From assembly GCA_012839355.1 (NCBI GenBank), contig DUNK01000037.1, forward strand, positions 372 through 64,371: a stretch of DNA of 64,000 nucleotides, written 5' to 3'. Source of the DNA: Acholeplasma sp. GTDB lineage: Bacteria > Bacillota_I > Bacilli_A > Acholeplasmatales > UBA5453. The position numbers and the translations under genes were made by a program. Shown here piece after piece: positions 30,142-39,514 of the stretch. The notes under the pieces are model-generated. The model was given only the letters and a program-made list of their open reading frames with translations, searched no databases and was not told the DNA's origin. The stretch's first letter is position 1; every line of letters starts with the position of its first letter.

Positions 30142-30170
30142 ATTATACTATAAATCGTTTTAATTCACAA
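30142..30170 (-). promoter_or_regulatory. Sigma-A promoter of the 42-aa gene
   Basis: Minus strand TTGTGA (30170..30165), N17, TATAAT (30147..30142). Confidence 0.6.
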
Positions 30171-30176
30171 CAATTA

Positions 30177-30497
30177 TTAATTTTCTTCTTCATCATCTAA
30201 GATATCTTCAACAATCTCATCAATACTTACATTTTTGTTTATATCGTTATCACGAAAAAAGATGTTCTCTTTTTCTTTATCCATTTTTTTAATCGCTTTT
30301 TTTAGATTATATAACTTCATTCCTGCTTGTAACCAAATAACAACTAACACAACTAAAAGAAACAACATAATTGTCATATTAGAATAAAAGAACATAGCAA
30401 AAATTATCACAATAATAGTATTAATGGAATTAATAATTAGCTGCGCTTTAAATTGCTGCTTAAACATCTTTTCTAAATCTCGATCATCATTATGCAT
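30177..30497 (-). CDS. Hypothetical small membrane protein (two TM helices, acidic C-terminal tail)
   Basis: 106-aa ORF whose start overlaps the nitroreductase stop. TM segments IINSINTIIVIIFAMFFY and IMLFLLVVLVVIWL. Tail DILDDEEEN. Confidence 0.55.
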   Translation of the reverse strand: MHNDDRDLEKMFKQQFKAQLIINSINTIIVIIFAMFFYSNMTIMLFLLVVLVVIWLQAGMKLYNLKKAIKKMDKEKENIFFRDNDINKNVSIDEIVEDILDDEEEN

Positions 30498-30997
30498 TAT
30501 TTAATTTCCACAACTCTTTCTTTTGCGTATTGCGTTCTAGCTTCTTTTTCTTCGTCTTTATAACCTAACTGAATTAATGATAAAGGAATGATTCCTTCTT
30601 CTAAGTTTAAAATTTCCTTTACTTGTTTGGTTGCTGGCTCTTTTGGATAAACTCCACACCAGCAAGTACCCAAACCTAAGTGTTCAGCTGTTAATAAAAT
30701 GTTTTGCGTAGCAGCGGCACAGTCTTGAACCCAAAAATCAGTTTTATTATCTGCTAGTTTTGACATATCACCTGCCACAACAACCATAACTGGCGCATTA
30801 AAATCTCTAAAGATCTTAACTAACTCACTGCGTTTTTCAGCGTTTTTAACAATATAAAACTTCCATGGCTGACTATTTCTCGCACTAGGAGCTGCCATCG
30901 CTGCCTTCATAAGTTTATCTAAAAATAAATCACTAACCATTTTATCTTTAAATTTTCTAATACTTCTTCTTTTTAAAATTGTTTCATAAGCGTTCAT
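30497..30997 (-). CDS. Nitroreductase-family (FMN-dependent) oxidoreductase
   Basis: ILKRRSIRKF N-terminal motif, SARNSQPW. 166 aa. GAAAGGAAG SD. Confidence 0.85.
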   Translation of the reverse strand: MNAYETILKRRSIRKFKDKMVSDLFLDKLMKAAMAAPSARNSQPWKFYIVKNAEKRSELVKIFRDFNAPVMVVVAGDMSKLADNKTDFWVQDCAAATQNILLTAEHLGLGTCWCGVYPKEPATKQVKEILNLEEGIIPLSLIQLGYKDEEKEARTQYAKERVVEIK

Positions 30998-31047
30998 ATA
31001 ACTTCTTCCTTTCTAAAAAAAACCTCAACGAATTGAGGTTGTTTTTA

Positions 31048-31731
31048 TTATAATGTTTCAATTGCTGCAAACCAAACGTTCTTGCCTCGTTGTTTCTTTC
31101 TACCTTTTTGTGAAATAATTAACATTAATGAAATAACAAATGGTACTCCATAAGTTGCTAAAATGCCAATTTCTTGCCATTGCTCAAAACTATAAGAAGC
31201 TTCAGCCACTACTAAAGCATTAATATAATAGCATGCCATTGGTATTAAACCAAACAACAATAATGTAATCTTAGAACCGATTGTTCTTGTTTTACCAGCT
31301 GCAACAATAATTAATAACACTAACCAATAAATTGCTAATGCTGCTAGTGCGCCTAAATAAAGGTATAATGTTGCACCTAAGTTTTCTGCAACAGTACCAA
31401 AACCTAATGCTTTTATTAGGTTATATAAAAACTCTAGTACCGGTTTTTCAGTATAATAAATCTCACCTACAAATATAGGCATAAGCACTAAACCGAACAC
31501 TAGTGCTTTTTTACCTCCCATTGAAAACATTAAAATCATTAAAACTTTTAGTCCAAATAGGGTATAAAAAATTGACATGTTAATTACATCCATGCTTAAG
31601 AAATCTGGTAAACCTTCAATATTGTCAATATAAACAGGTATAGCGTCTTTATCAACAGCGATTAATTTCCAAACCATTAAGCCGATTAATGCAAAACCAA
31701 TTAAAAGCGAAAATAATCTTCTTAACTTCAT
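31048..31731 (-). CDS. Hypothetical polytopic membrane protein
   Basis: About 227 aa with 6-7 hydrophobic helices. AGGAGG SD precedes the ATG at 31731; the track start at 31752 lacks an SD. Confidence 0.55.
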   Translation of the reverse strand: MKLRRLFSLLIGFALIGLMVWKLIAVDKDAIPVYIDNIEGLPDFLSMDVINMSIFYTLFGLKVLMILMFSMGGKKALVFGLVLMPIFVGEIYYTEKPVLEFLYNLIKALGFGTVAENLGATLYLYLGALAALAIYWLVLLIIVAAGKTRTIGSKITLLLFGLIPMACYYINALVVAEASYSFEQWQEIGILATYGVPFVISLMLIISQKGRKKQRGKNVWFAAIETL

Positions 31732-31851
31732 TTGTATCCTCCTAATTAACATCTAACCACATCAAAGATTAGATTATTATTCTTAATTTTAACATATATT
31801 AATTGTTTTGTAAAACATAAATAAGTATTATTTAAAATATTTTCGCTTATT

Positions 31852-33219
31852 TTACGATTTATTTGTTTTTGGTAGACTTGCTGCAGCGATTGATTGACCC
31901 ACTCTTCTTGTTTCTTCATCAGGTATGACAAGTTTAATTTGTTTACCTAATTTAGGGAATTCTTTCTTTAATACTTTTGTTGCTGTTTTAACGATAATGT
32001 CGCCACCAACCCCACTCATAACTCTACCTAATAGTAAAACTAATTCAATATGATAAAACTCGCTGTAATAAGCTAAACCGAAGGCTAAATATGTACCGAT
32101 TGTTTCATAAATATCAACATAAGTTTCGCTTGTTGGGTCTAATTTTTGAACAACTTTTAGTCTTTCGGCTAATGTTAAATCTTCCTCAAACTTAATACCG
32201 CATGTTTCTGCAAGTCTAATAACTGCATCTTGTGAGAAATACTTACAACCAACACCGATATCTCCGCTCCACTCATCAACTGGTCCGTTTTTTTGAACAT
32301 CAACCGGGACAAACGCCAATTCGTTTAACCAACCGGAAATATTACCATCATTATTAATATAACCAACTGCTTCACTCGTTCCCATAGCGATACCTAGTAG
32401 ATTGTTTTTCTTTAAAGCCATCGCTCCAGCTAATGCTGTAACATCACCATCGTTTGCTACTACTAAAGGCACATTTAATTCTTTAGCAATATCAATATAA
32501 ATGTTTTTAACATGTTCCTCAAACAATTCTTCTGGTACTTGGATAAATAAACTACCAACTTTAGCTTCATTATTAATATAAATGCCTGCACTTGATACGC
32601 CTAACGCATCAACTCTTGGCATTTTGCTTGCAGCTAAATAGATTGCTTGACGAATCTTTTCTTTGTGATATTTAGGATCACTGTTTAGTTTTGGTAGCCA
32701 AACTATTTCAGTTGAAAAAATTGGTTTCCCATTTACAACTGCAGAGACTTTCATATCTGAGCCACCAGCATCAAAACCAATTCGGTATCCATCTAAGTTT
32801 TTACCAATTGCTCTTTCGATTCTTTTACTTTCTGGTCTGTTTTCCATATGAACCACTTCAAATGGCTTACCATAAACTCTTCTCATAAAGTTAGAATCAA
32901 ATGTTCTTCTACCTTCTAAATAAATCTTTTTTAATCCTTCATAAATCTTTTTAGGCCCTACAACAATAATCTTATAGCCTCCATAAAGCCATAATAAAGT
33001 TTTAGAAAGTTTTTCTAAGTAGAAAAGATTCTCTTCTAAATGTTCATCGTCACTAAAAATTATTGTTTCATAAAACTCATTTAATCCATCTTCCCTTTCA
33101 ACAACAATCGTTATCTCTTCATGTTTACTTTTTTTAACTCTCTTTCTAAAGTTTTGAAAATATAAAACAATTGGTGAAAAATTTGGATCTAATTTAATTG
33201 GATACTTTACAACCTTCAT
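31852..33219 (-). CDS. ROK/ASKHA-fold sugar-kinase-like protein with an unassigned ~140-aa N-terminal extension
   Basis: Phosphate-1 motif IGFDAGGSDMKV, ANDGDVTALAG, GIAMGTSEAVGYI. No ROK zinc CxCGxxGC motif seen. AAGGAGG SD. Confidence 0.65.
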   Translation of the reverse strand: MKVVKYPIKLDPNFSPIVLYFQNFRKRVKKSKHEEITIVVEREDGLNEFYETIIFSDDEHLEENLFYLEKLSKTLLWLYGGYKIIVVGPKKIYEGLKKIYLEGRRTFDSNFMRRVYGKPFEVVHMENRPESKRIERAIGKNLDGYRIGFDAGGSDMKVSAVVNGKPIFSTEIVWLPKLNSDPKYHKEKIRQAIYLAASKMPRVDALGVSSAGIYINNEAKVGSLFIQVPEELFEEHVKNIYIDIAKELNVPLVVANDGDVTALAGAMALKKNNLLGIAMGTSEAVGYINNDGNISGWLNELAFVPVDVQKNGPVDEWSGDIGVGCKYFSQDAVIRLAETCGIKFEEDLTLAERLKVVQKLDPTSETYVDIYETIGTYLAFGLAYYSEFYHIELVLLLGRVMSGVGGDIIVKTATKVLKKEFPKLGKQIKLVIPDEETRRVGQSIAAASLPKTNKS

Positions 33220-33245
33220 TGTTTCCTCCTTATATTAATCTATAT

Positions 33246-35924
33246 TTATTCCGCTCTTAAAGAGTCTACAGGGTCTTTTCTTGCAGCTGAACGTGATGGG
33301 ATTAATCCTGAAACTAAACTAAGTATAATACTAATTGATACCATTATTAGAGCATAATTCCACGGGAAGTTGGCGATATTGCCACCGATATGTTTATTAA
33401 CAATTAAATTAATTATTGCCGAACCAGCATATGTTACTGCAATCGCAAACAAACCTGCCGTTAATCCTATTACAAATGTTTCAGCGATAAACAAGTTTGA
33501 TACATCTCTCTTTCTACCACCGATTGATCTGATAACACCAATTTCATTTGTTCTCTCAACGACTGAAACATATGTAATTATCGCAATCATCACCGATGAT
33601 ACAACTAACGCTAAACTCGTAAAGACAATTAATGCTATCGTTATTAAATTAATAGCATCATTAATCATGTTAAAAACAATTGATAATGGGTCTGAATAAG
33701 TAATCTTTTCTCTATCTGAAGTTTTTAAAGTAACTCCATTTACTACTAAAACGCCTGGTTTATTCCAGGTATCTAAATAATTTAAAACATTTTTCTTGTG
33801 ATTCAAATCTTTTGGATAAATAGATATCGTCCCAGCTAGTTCATTGCCACCTAAATCTCTTAATGACAATGTGTAGATTTCTAAATCATCACTTCCTCCA
33901 CCCATCATTCCAATTAGCGCTAAAACTGAATTATGTTTACCAACAAAACCAATATTATTCTTTTCTACTCCGTTATATGTATATGTGTAGTTGTAAGTAA
34001 TTCCTATTGGCATATCTTCATAATACATACCACGATAAACCATATCTTCTTCTTTTTCATGGTTGTTTTTTAAGTGTGCAACCACTTCAGAATTTTTGTT
34101 TTGTTCAATAATATAGTTAGCTAATTCTTCAGTATAATAAAAGCCACTCTTTAAAGTTCCATAATGAATATTTTCTTTAGGTTCTAAAATACCAACAATT
34201 TCTAATTCCACCCCTACTATATCAGGGTCAGCAAAATCACTCTTATAAGCATTATAAGTAAATGGGTTTACTGGATTCATCGTCTTATTAAAAACCACAT
34301 CATTAGGATACCATACAAACTTTTTCGCCATTAATTCTTCATATGTAAATTGATTAGAAAAAGGTAAATCATAATTATAATTCGGATCAACATTAACTCT
34401 TAAAACTTCATTAATAAATTCATCTAAATTATAATAGCCAAGTTGAGCAAGTAAAAAATCAGAAATCATTCTATCTTTATTTACAACTATCATTATCTCA
34501 TTTTTCTTCGTTGCCATCTTACCTGCTAAAACATCATATTGCGATAAAATATATTCTTCGTTATCTGGCATTTGTTTAACACCCGCAATAAAATTACTAG
34601 CAAGACTCGCATAAGGTTTTGTTGTTTCGTTTTGCTTTAAAATATCTGTCGCAATCGTTTTTAAAACAGACAAACTAATTATCTTTGAATCAGCAGCTGC
34701 ACTTTCTTTAAACTCAAAATAAATATTATTTGTAACATCTATTTCGTAATCAAAAAATAGTGCGGCAATATCTTCTTCAGGAATCTCTTTAACATAGTTT
34801 ATGTAGTCTTCTGTAATAACACTCTCAACAAACAAATTACCGACGGTTTGTGCGCCTTCTCTAATTTGTTCAATCATCTTTTCAACGTTAACTATGCCGT
34901 TTTCCTTAACGATTTCTAGTTTTTCTCGTTGATTCATTCGTTCAATCGCAGCATTGATATCAAAAGCATCTTTAGTTACCATAACCGGATTCCCTGATAA
35001 CATATCATCTTGTAAATCCTCTATAAATTCGGTTAGTCCATAACTTACAGATAACACTAAAGAGATTCCAATAATACCTATTGAACCAGCAATGCTCGTT
35101 AGTATTGTTCGTGACTTTTTACTAATTAAATTATTTAAAGATAACAAGAAAGTTGTAAAAAGACTCATCTTTGTTTTTTCTTTCTTTTCTTTTGTTTTTT
35201 CTTTATAAACTATTGTTTGTTTTTCTTGTTCTTCTAATTCTTCTTTAGTTAAAGGGTTAGAATCATCAGTAACCCTACCATCTAACAAGTTAATAATTCT
35301 TGTTGAATATTCTTCTGCTAAATTAGAGTTATGAGTAACCATAACAACAAGTCTTTCTTTAGAAATCTCTTTAATAATTTCTAAAATTTGTTTACTTGTT
35401 TTCGTGTCAAGCGCCCCTGTTGGTTCATCAGCAAGTAAAATATCTGGATCATTAACAAGTGCCCTTGCAATCGCTACTCTTTGGCTTTGCCCGCCCGAGA
35501 GTTGATTAGGTTTCTTATAATACTGATCGCTCAACCCAACTGAATCTAACGCCTTTTTAGCTTTTTCTATTCTTTCTTCTTTACTGTAACCAGCAATCGT
35601 TAATGCTAACTCAACATTTTTTAAAACTGTTTGATGAGGAATTAAGTTATAACTTTGAAAAACAAACCCTACTCTATGGTTTCTATATACATCCCAGTCT
35701 TTACTTTTAAACTCTTTTGTTGAAGTTCCATTAATTATTAAATCTCCACTAGTATATTTGTCTAAACCACCAATTAAATTTAAAAGAGTTGTTTTACCTG
35801 AACCGCTTGGTCCTAAAACTGAAACAAATTCATTTCTTCTAAAGACTAAATTTACATCCTTTAAAGCCTCTACTTTATAAGTTGGCATTTTATAGTCTTT
35901 ATAAATATTTTTAAGTTCTAACAT
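33246..35924 (-). CDS. MacB-type fused ABC ATPase / FtsX-family permease with a very large extracytoplasmic domain
   Basis: Walker A GPSGSGKTT, LSGGQSQR, LLADEPTGALD. One TM at about residue 275, an ectodomain of about 470 aa, and a C-terminal FtsX 3-TM bundle. MLELKNIYKDY (ATG 35924) is the typical ABC N-terminus; alternative upstream start at 35945. Confidence 0.85.
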   Translation of the reverse strand: MLELKNIYKDYKMPTYKVEALKDVNLVFRRNEFVSVLGPSGSGKTTLLNLIGGLDKYTSGDLIINGTSTKEFKSKDWDVYRNHRVGFVFQSYNLIPHQTVLKNVELALTIAGYSKEERIEKAKKALDSVGLSDQYYKKPNQLSGGQSQRVAIARALVNDPDILLADEPTGALDTKTSKQILEIIKEISKERLVVMVTHNSNLAEEYSTRIINLLDGRVTDDSNPLTKEELEEQEKQTIVYKEKTKEKKEKTKMSLFTTFLLSLNNLISKKSRTILTSIAGSIGIIGISLVLSVSYGLTEFIEDLQDDMLSGNPVMVTKDAFDINAAIERMNQREKLEIVKENGIVNVEKMIEQIREGAQTVGNLFVESVITEDYINYVKEIPEEDIAALFFDYEIDVTNNIYFEFKESAAADSKIISLSVLKTIATDILKQNETTKPYASLASNFIAGVKQMPDNEEYILSQYDVLAGKMATKKNEIMIVVNKDRMISDFLLAQLGYYNLDEFINEVLRVNVDPNYNYDLPFSNQFTYEELMAKKFVWYPNDVVFNKTMNPVNPFTYNAYKSDFADPDIVGVELEIVGILEPKENIHYGTLKSGFYYTEELANYIIEQNKNSEVVAHLKNNHEKEEDMVYRGMYYEDMPIGITYNYTYTYNGVEKNNIGFVGKHNSVLALIGMMGGGSDDLEIYTLSLRDLGGNELAGTISIYPKDLNHKKNVLNYLDTWNKPGVLVVNGVTLKTSDREKITYSDPLSIVFNMINDAINLITIALIVFTSLALVVSSVMIAIITYVSVVERTNEIGVIRSIGGRKRDVSNLFIAETFVIGLTAGLFAIAVTYAGSAIINLIVNKHIGGNIANFPWNYALIMVSISIILSLVSGLIPSRSAARKDPVDSLRAE

Positions 35925-36073
35925 GATATCACTCTTTCTTAGCATACATATTAATTATTATAACTAATTATTGCCCTTTTTTCAATTATTTAAGACATTT
36001 TTTAAAATCTGTAAAGAAAGCAAAAAATCCCCCTTTAAATGATTAAGAGGTATTTCATCTATAAAATTACTTT

Positions 36074-36700
36074 TTAAAGTAAATGTAAATATATCGCAAA
36101 GAAGTGAAGCGTTGTTCCTGCTATAACGAATAAATGCCAAACAAAATGACTATACTTCCACTTTAAAGCATAGAAAGCTACGCCTAATGTATAGGCGACT
36201 CCACCACCTAAAATCCAAAAGAATGCTTCTTTGCTTGCAGCCCATAAAGGCTGAAATACAGCAACACCACTCCAACCTAAAATTAAATATAATACGATAT
36301 GCAAAGCCTTATACTTTTTAAAGTTAACACTTTTTAATATTACACCTAAAGTTATTACCGACCATTGTATACAAATAAAGATAACATCAATTGGATGTTT
36401 GAAAATTATTAAAAATATTGGTAAATATGTACCACCAATAAGTAAATAAATACTTAAATGATCAAATCTTCTAAAAACTCTTTTAACTATTGTTTCTTTT
36501 TTAAAGGAATGATATAAACAACTCATTGTATATAACATAATCGCTGTTACGCCAAACAAAGTTACTCCTACTACCGCTTCAGCTGTTTTCGCTTTTAAAA
36601 TCATCAACACTAAACCTGCAATCGCAAGCAGCGCTCCTACACCATGACTTACAGCGTTAGCGATTTCTTCACCTAATGTTTGCCAACGTCTCTTTCTCAT
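36074..36700 (-). CDS. Hemolysin III / PAQR-family membrane protein (YplQ-like)
   Basis: 208 aa, 7 TM. EEIANAVSHGVG, HxxxH-type C-terminal histidines (SHFVWHLFV). Confidence 0.85.
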   Translation of the reverse strand: MRKRRWQTLGEEIANAVSHGVGALLAIAGLVLMILKAKTAEAVVGVTLFGVTAIMLYTMSCLYHSFKKETIVKRVFRRFDHLSIYLLIGGTYLPIFLIIFKHPIDVIFICIQWSVITLGVILKSVNFKKYKALHIVLYLILGWSGVAVFQPLWAASKEAFFWILGGGVAYTLGVAFYALKWKYSHFVWHLFVIAGTTLHFFAIYLHLL

Positions 36701-36704
36701 TTTT

Positions 36705-37358
36705 TCACTTCTCCTTTTTTAATTTTTCAACAAAAATGTTTACAGCAATATTTTTACTAATTTGATATCTTCTATCGCTTTTGATTGTTATTGCATTTTC
36801 ATCTTTATATTCTACCACAAAATCATCTGCTATTTTAATTTTATTATTATCAAAGTAATTAAATACATCATCACTTTCATTAACCATAATTATTTTAAAA
36901 CTATCATTTTTATTTAACGCAAACAAGTTGAGTGTAGAAATTTTATATTCTTCACCAAAAACGGGAATTGGATGTCCGTGTGGATCAGTTTTTGGTCTTC
37001 CTAAAAACTCATATAAAGCATCAACTAATTTTACACTTGCAGCATGTTCAAGACGCTCTGCATCTTCATGAACTTCACTCCATTTAAAATTTAATGTTTC
37101 TGTCAAAAAAAGTTCAATAATGCGGTGGGCCCTAATTACTCTTATTGCCTCAGTTATGCCTTTTTCAGTTAAACGAACTCCCTTATAAGGTTTATAAACC
37201 ACCAAGTCCTGTTTAGCAAGTTTTTTAAACATTTCATTAGCTGTTTGAATTGTCACTTCAAGTGTGTTTGCGACAACTTGTGTGTTCGCTAATTTTGCCT
37301 TTTCTTCAACCGTTAATGTATAGATTGTTTTAATATAATCTTCTTCTCTTTTATTCAT
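36705..37358 (-). CDS. DtxR-family metal-dependent transcriptional repressor (TroR/MntR/SloR-like, with a C-terminal FeoA/SH3-like domain)
   Basis: EDYIKTIY, wHTH ...YKGVRLTEKG..., metal-site HRIIELFL and DAERLEH. About 217 aa. Alternative TTG start at 37370. Confidence 0.85.
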   Translation of the reverse strand: MNKREEDYIKTIYTLTVEEKAKLANTQVVANTLEVTIQTANEMFKKLAKQDLVVYKPYKGVRLTEKGITEAIRVIRAHRIIELFLTETLNFKWSEVHEDAERLEHAASVKLVDALYEFLGRPKTDPHGHPIPVFGEEYKISTLNLFALNKNDSFKIIMVNESDDVFNYFDNNKIKIADDFVVEYKDENAITIKSDRRYQISKNIAVNIFVEKLKKEK

Positions 37359-37362
37359 AATT

Positions 37363-38475
37363 TTACCCAAAGTTTTCTCTTAAATTTTCAGTAATTTTCT
37401 CTTTACCTTTATCAGTTAAAATTAAATAATTATTAGTGATTTTTAAATAGTTTTCAGCTACTGCTAGTTTAATATATTTTTCTTTATTAAAATTACTTTC
37501 AAACATTTTTTCAAAACCAATATCGCCAATTTGATATTTTGATATTTCTGCTTCATGGTTTTCAATATGAACCAATAAAGTTAAAATACTATAATCTCTC
37601 TTTTGTCTACTTCTCTTTACTAGTTTATATATTATTCCGTTTCTCTTATTTAATAATAACGTTAGTAGAAATGTTATTAAAGTGACAGTCGCAATTGAGC
37701 CACTAATAACTACATCAAAATATAAGGCAGCAAAATAACCAACGATACTATTTGCTACTCCAACAATAACTGCCATTAATAATGTTTTTTTAAGATCTTT
37801 CGTAAACAAAAGAGCTGTTGCCGCTGGCCCGACAGTCATCGCAATAACTAAGATTGAACCAACTGCATTAAATGCTGCGACTGATGTTAAACTAACTAAA
37901 AACATCAACGCATAATGGATAAAGATTGGTGATATTCCTACTACTGTTGCTAAAGCAGCATCAAAGTTAACTATCTTTAATTCTTTGTAAAAAACTATTA
38001 TAAACACTAAATTTAATAGTGCTACAAAAGCCATAATATAAAGTGATTTCGGTCCAATATTATAACCAAAAACAACTAGTTGGTCAAATATTGCAAACTC
38101 TAAATTTCCTAATAAGACAGCGTCAACATCTAAATGAACACTTCTAAAACCTAAACTAATAATTATTACCGCAATACTAAAAAGAAGCGGAAAAACAACA
38201 CCAGTTGCGGCATCTTCTGTTGTCTTTTTAGACTTAACTAGTAACTCAATTAAATAAGTTGTAAAAACGCCCATTAATGTTGCCATTAAAATTAAGATAG
38301 GACTGTTTAAATTACCTACTAGCATAAAACCAAAAACAATCCCAAGCAAAACTGTATGACTAATCGCATCAGTCATCATTGAAATTTTTCTAATAACTAA
38401 AAAGACTCCAAGTAAACTTGTTGAAATTGCAGTTAAAATTGCAATTAATAAAATACTAGCATCCATTTTCTTCAC
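37363..38475 (-). CDS. Mn/Fe/Zn ABC transporter permease (ABC-3 family, TroD-like) with a ~90-aa C-terminal cytoplasmic tail
   Basis: ABC-3 polytopic core (DAISHTVLLG). The tail ends ...ENYLKITNNYLILTDKGKEKI. Overlaps the upstream permease. Confidence 0.85.
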   Translation of the reverse strand: MKKMDASILLIAILTAISTSLLGVFLVIRKISMMTDAISHTVLLGIVFGFMLVGNLNSPILILMATLMGVFTTYLIELLVKSKKTTEDAATGVVFPLLFSIAVIIISLGFRSVHLDVDAVLLGNLEFAIFDQLVVFGYNIGPKSLYIMAFVALLNLVFIIVFYKELKIVNFDAALATVVGISPIFIHYALMFLVSLTSVAAFNAVGSILVIAMTVGPAATALLFTKDLKKTLLMAVIVGVANSIVGYFAALYFDVVISGSIATVTLITFLLTLLLNKRNGIIYKLVKRSRQKRDYSILTLLVHIENHEAEISKYQIGDIGFEKMFESNFNKEKYIKLAVAENYLKITNNYLILTDKGKEKITENLRENFG

Positions 38476-39514
38476 CTATAATTGCTTCAACTTTACAAAC
38501 TCCTTTTTGAGTGAGTAAATATTTGTCTTTTTCTTTACTAATATAACCATTATTAATCATCATATCGATGTTGTTCAACTCTGTAACAAGATTACCATGA
38601 TGATAAGCGTGAATTAAAATATGATATTTAATAATTTGATGTTTGTGATATTTATCTTTAATAACTTTAAATAATATTCCTGTCTTTGGCGAAAAGAATA
38701 GTGCTAAAATTACTAAACTACATAAAACTACAACGATAACCGGTCCTGTTGGTAGGTTAGTTACTGATGAACTAATTGTTGTCCCAACAAAAGCTGATAA
38801 AAGACCAATTAAGCCAGCTAAAATTACATTGATAGATAGTTTGTTGCTAAACTGTCTACTAGCAACTGCTGGGGCAATTAATAATGCACTCATTAAAATT
38901 ACTCCTACTGTCTTAATACTTATCGTAACAACAATAACTACTAAAACATTTATAATCGCATTAATAATTTTATTTTTATATCCTAAACTATGTGAAAACT
39001 CGCTATTAAATATACAGATTTTAAGTTCTTTCCAAAACAATAATATAACTAATAATACGAAAAGAGATACAGCGATAATAAATATTACATCACTTTTTAA
39101 CATAGTCGCAGCTTGTCCAAAAATAAAACTATTGATTCCTACTTGCGATCCGTCACCCGTTGTCTGTACGATTAATAGCAATACTTGTCCAAAACCGAAA
39201 AATGAAGACAATATTAACGCGAGTCCTGCATCAGATTTAATATTTGAAAACCTTTTAATTATCTCTAAAACAAGCATCGCAAACAACGCAGACATTGCTG
39301 CACCCACTAATAAAACAATCATATTTTTACTTTGCGTAAACATAAACGCTAAAACAATTCCTGGTAAAGTAGCATGACTTAATGCATCGCCTACAAGCGC
39401 CTGTTTTTTTAGCACCAAAAACACGCCAAAGGCACCATTGACTAATCCTAAAGTCATCGTACCAAGCGCAATTATAATAAAGATATAGTTTTCTGTAAAC
39501 CAACTACCCATCAA
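38456..39514 (-). CDS. Mn/Fe/Zn ABC transporter permease (ABC-3 family, TroC-like) with a ~65-aa C-terminal tail
   Basis: ABC-3 core (GDALSHATLPG). Tail ...NNGYISKEKDKYLLTQKGVCKV. Start overlaps the ATPase stop. Confidence 0.85.
   Translation of the reverse strand: MMGSWFTENYIFIIIALGTMTLGLVNGAFGVFLVLKKQALVGDALSHATLPGIVLAFMFTQSKNMIVLLVGAAMSALFAMLVLEIIKRFSNIKSDAGLALILSSFFGFGQVLLLIVQTTGDGSQVGINSFIFGQAATMLKSDVIFIIAVSLFVLLVILLFWKELKICIFNSEFSHSLGYKNKIINAIINVLVVIVVTISIKTVGVILMSALLIAPAVASRQFSNKLSINVILAGLIGLLSAFVGTTISSSVTNLPTGPVIVVVLCSLVILALFFSPKTGILFKVIKDKYHKHQIIKYHILIHAYHHGNLVTELNNIDMMINNGYISKEKDKYLLTQKGVCKVEAIIGEENGC

Noticed and set aside
31746-31931. 61-aa minus-strand ORF spanning the ROK-like gene's 3' end and the intergenic region.
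   Set aside because: It overlaps the 3' end of the ROK-like gene in another frame and runs through the promoter region of the next gene. It has no SD. The membrane-protein gene is better started at 31731.
38829-39377. 182-aa plus-strand ORF, with similar antisense track ORFs at 1186-1377, 1358-1621, 4091-4339, 13278-13475, 20656-20997, 22912-23262, 33370-33699, 44313-44588, 45225-45595 and others.
   Set aside because: All lie entirely antisense to, or out of frame within, well-supported genes with clear family motifs. Their translations are low-complexity (Ile/Asn/Lys/Ser/Phe-rich), as expected for stop-poor antisense frames in AT-rich DNA, and none has an SD sequence.
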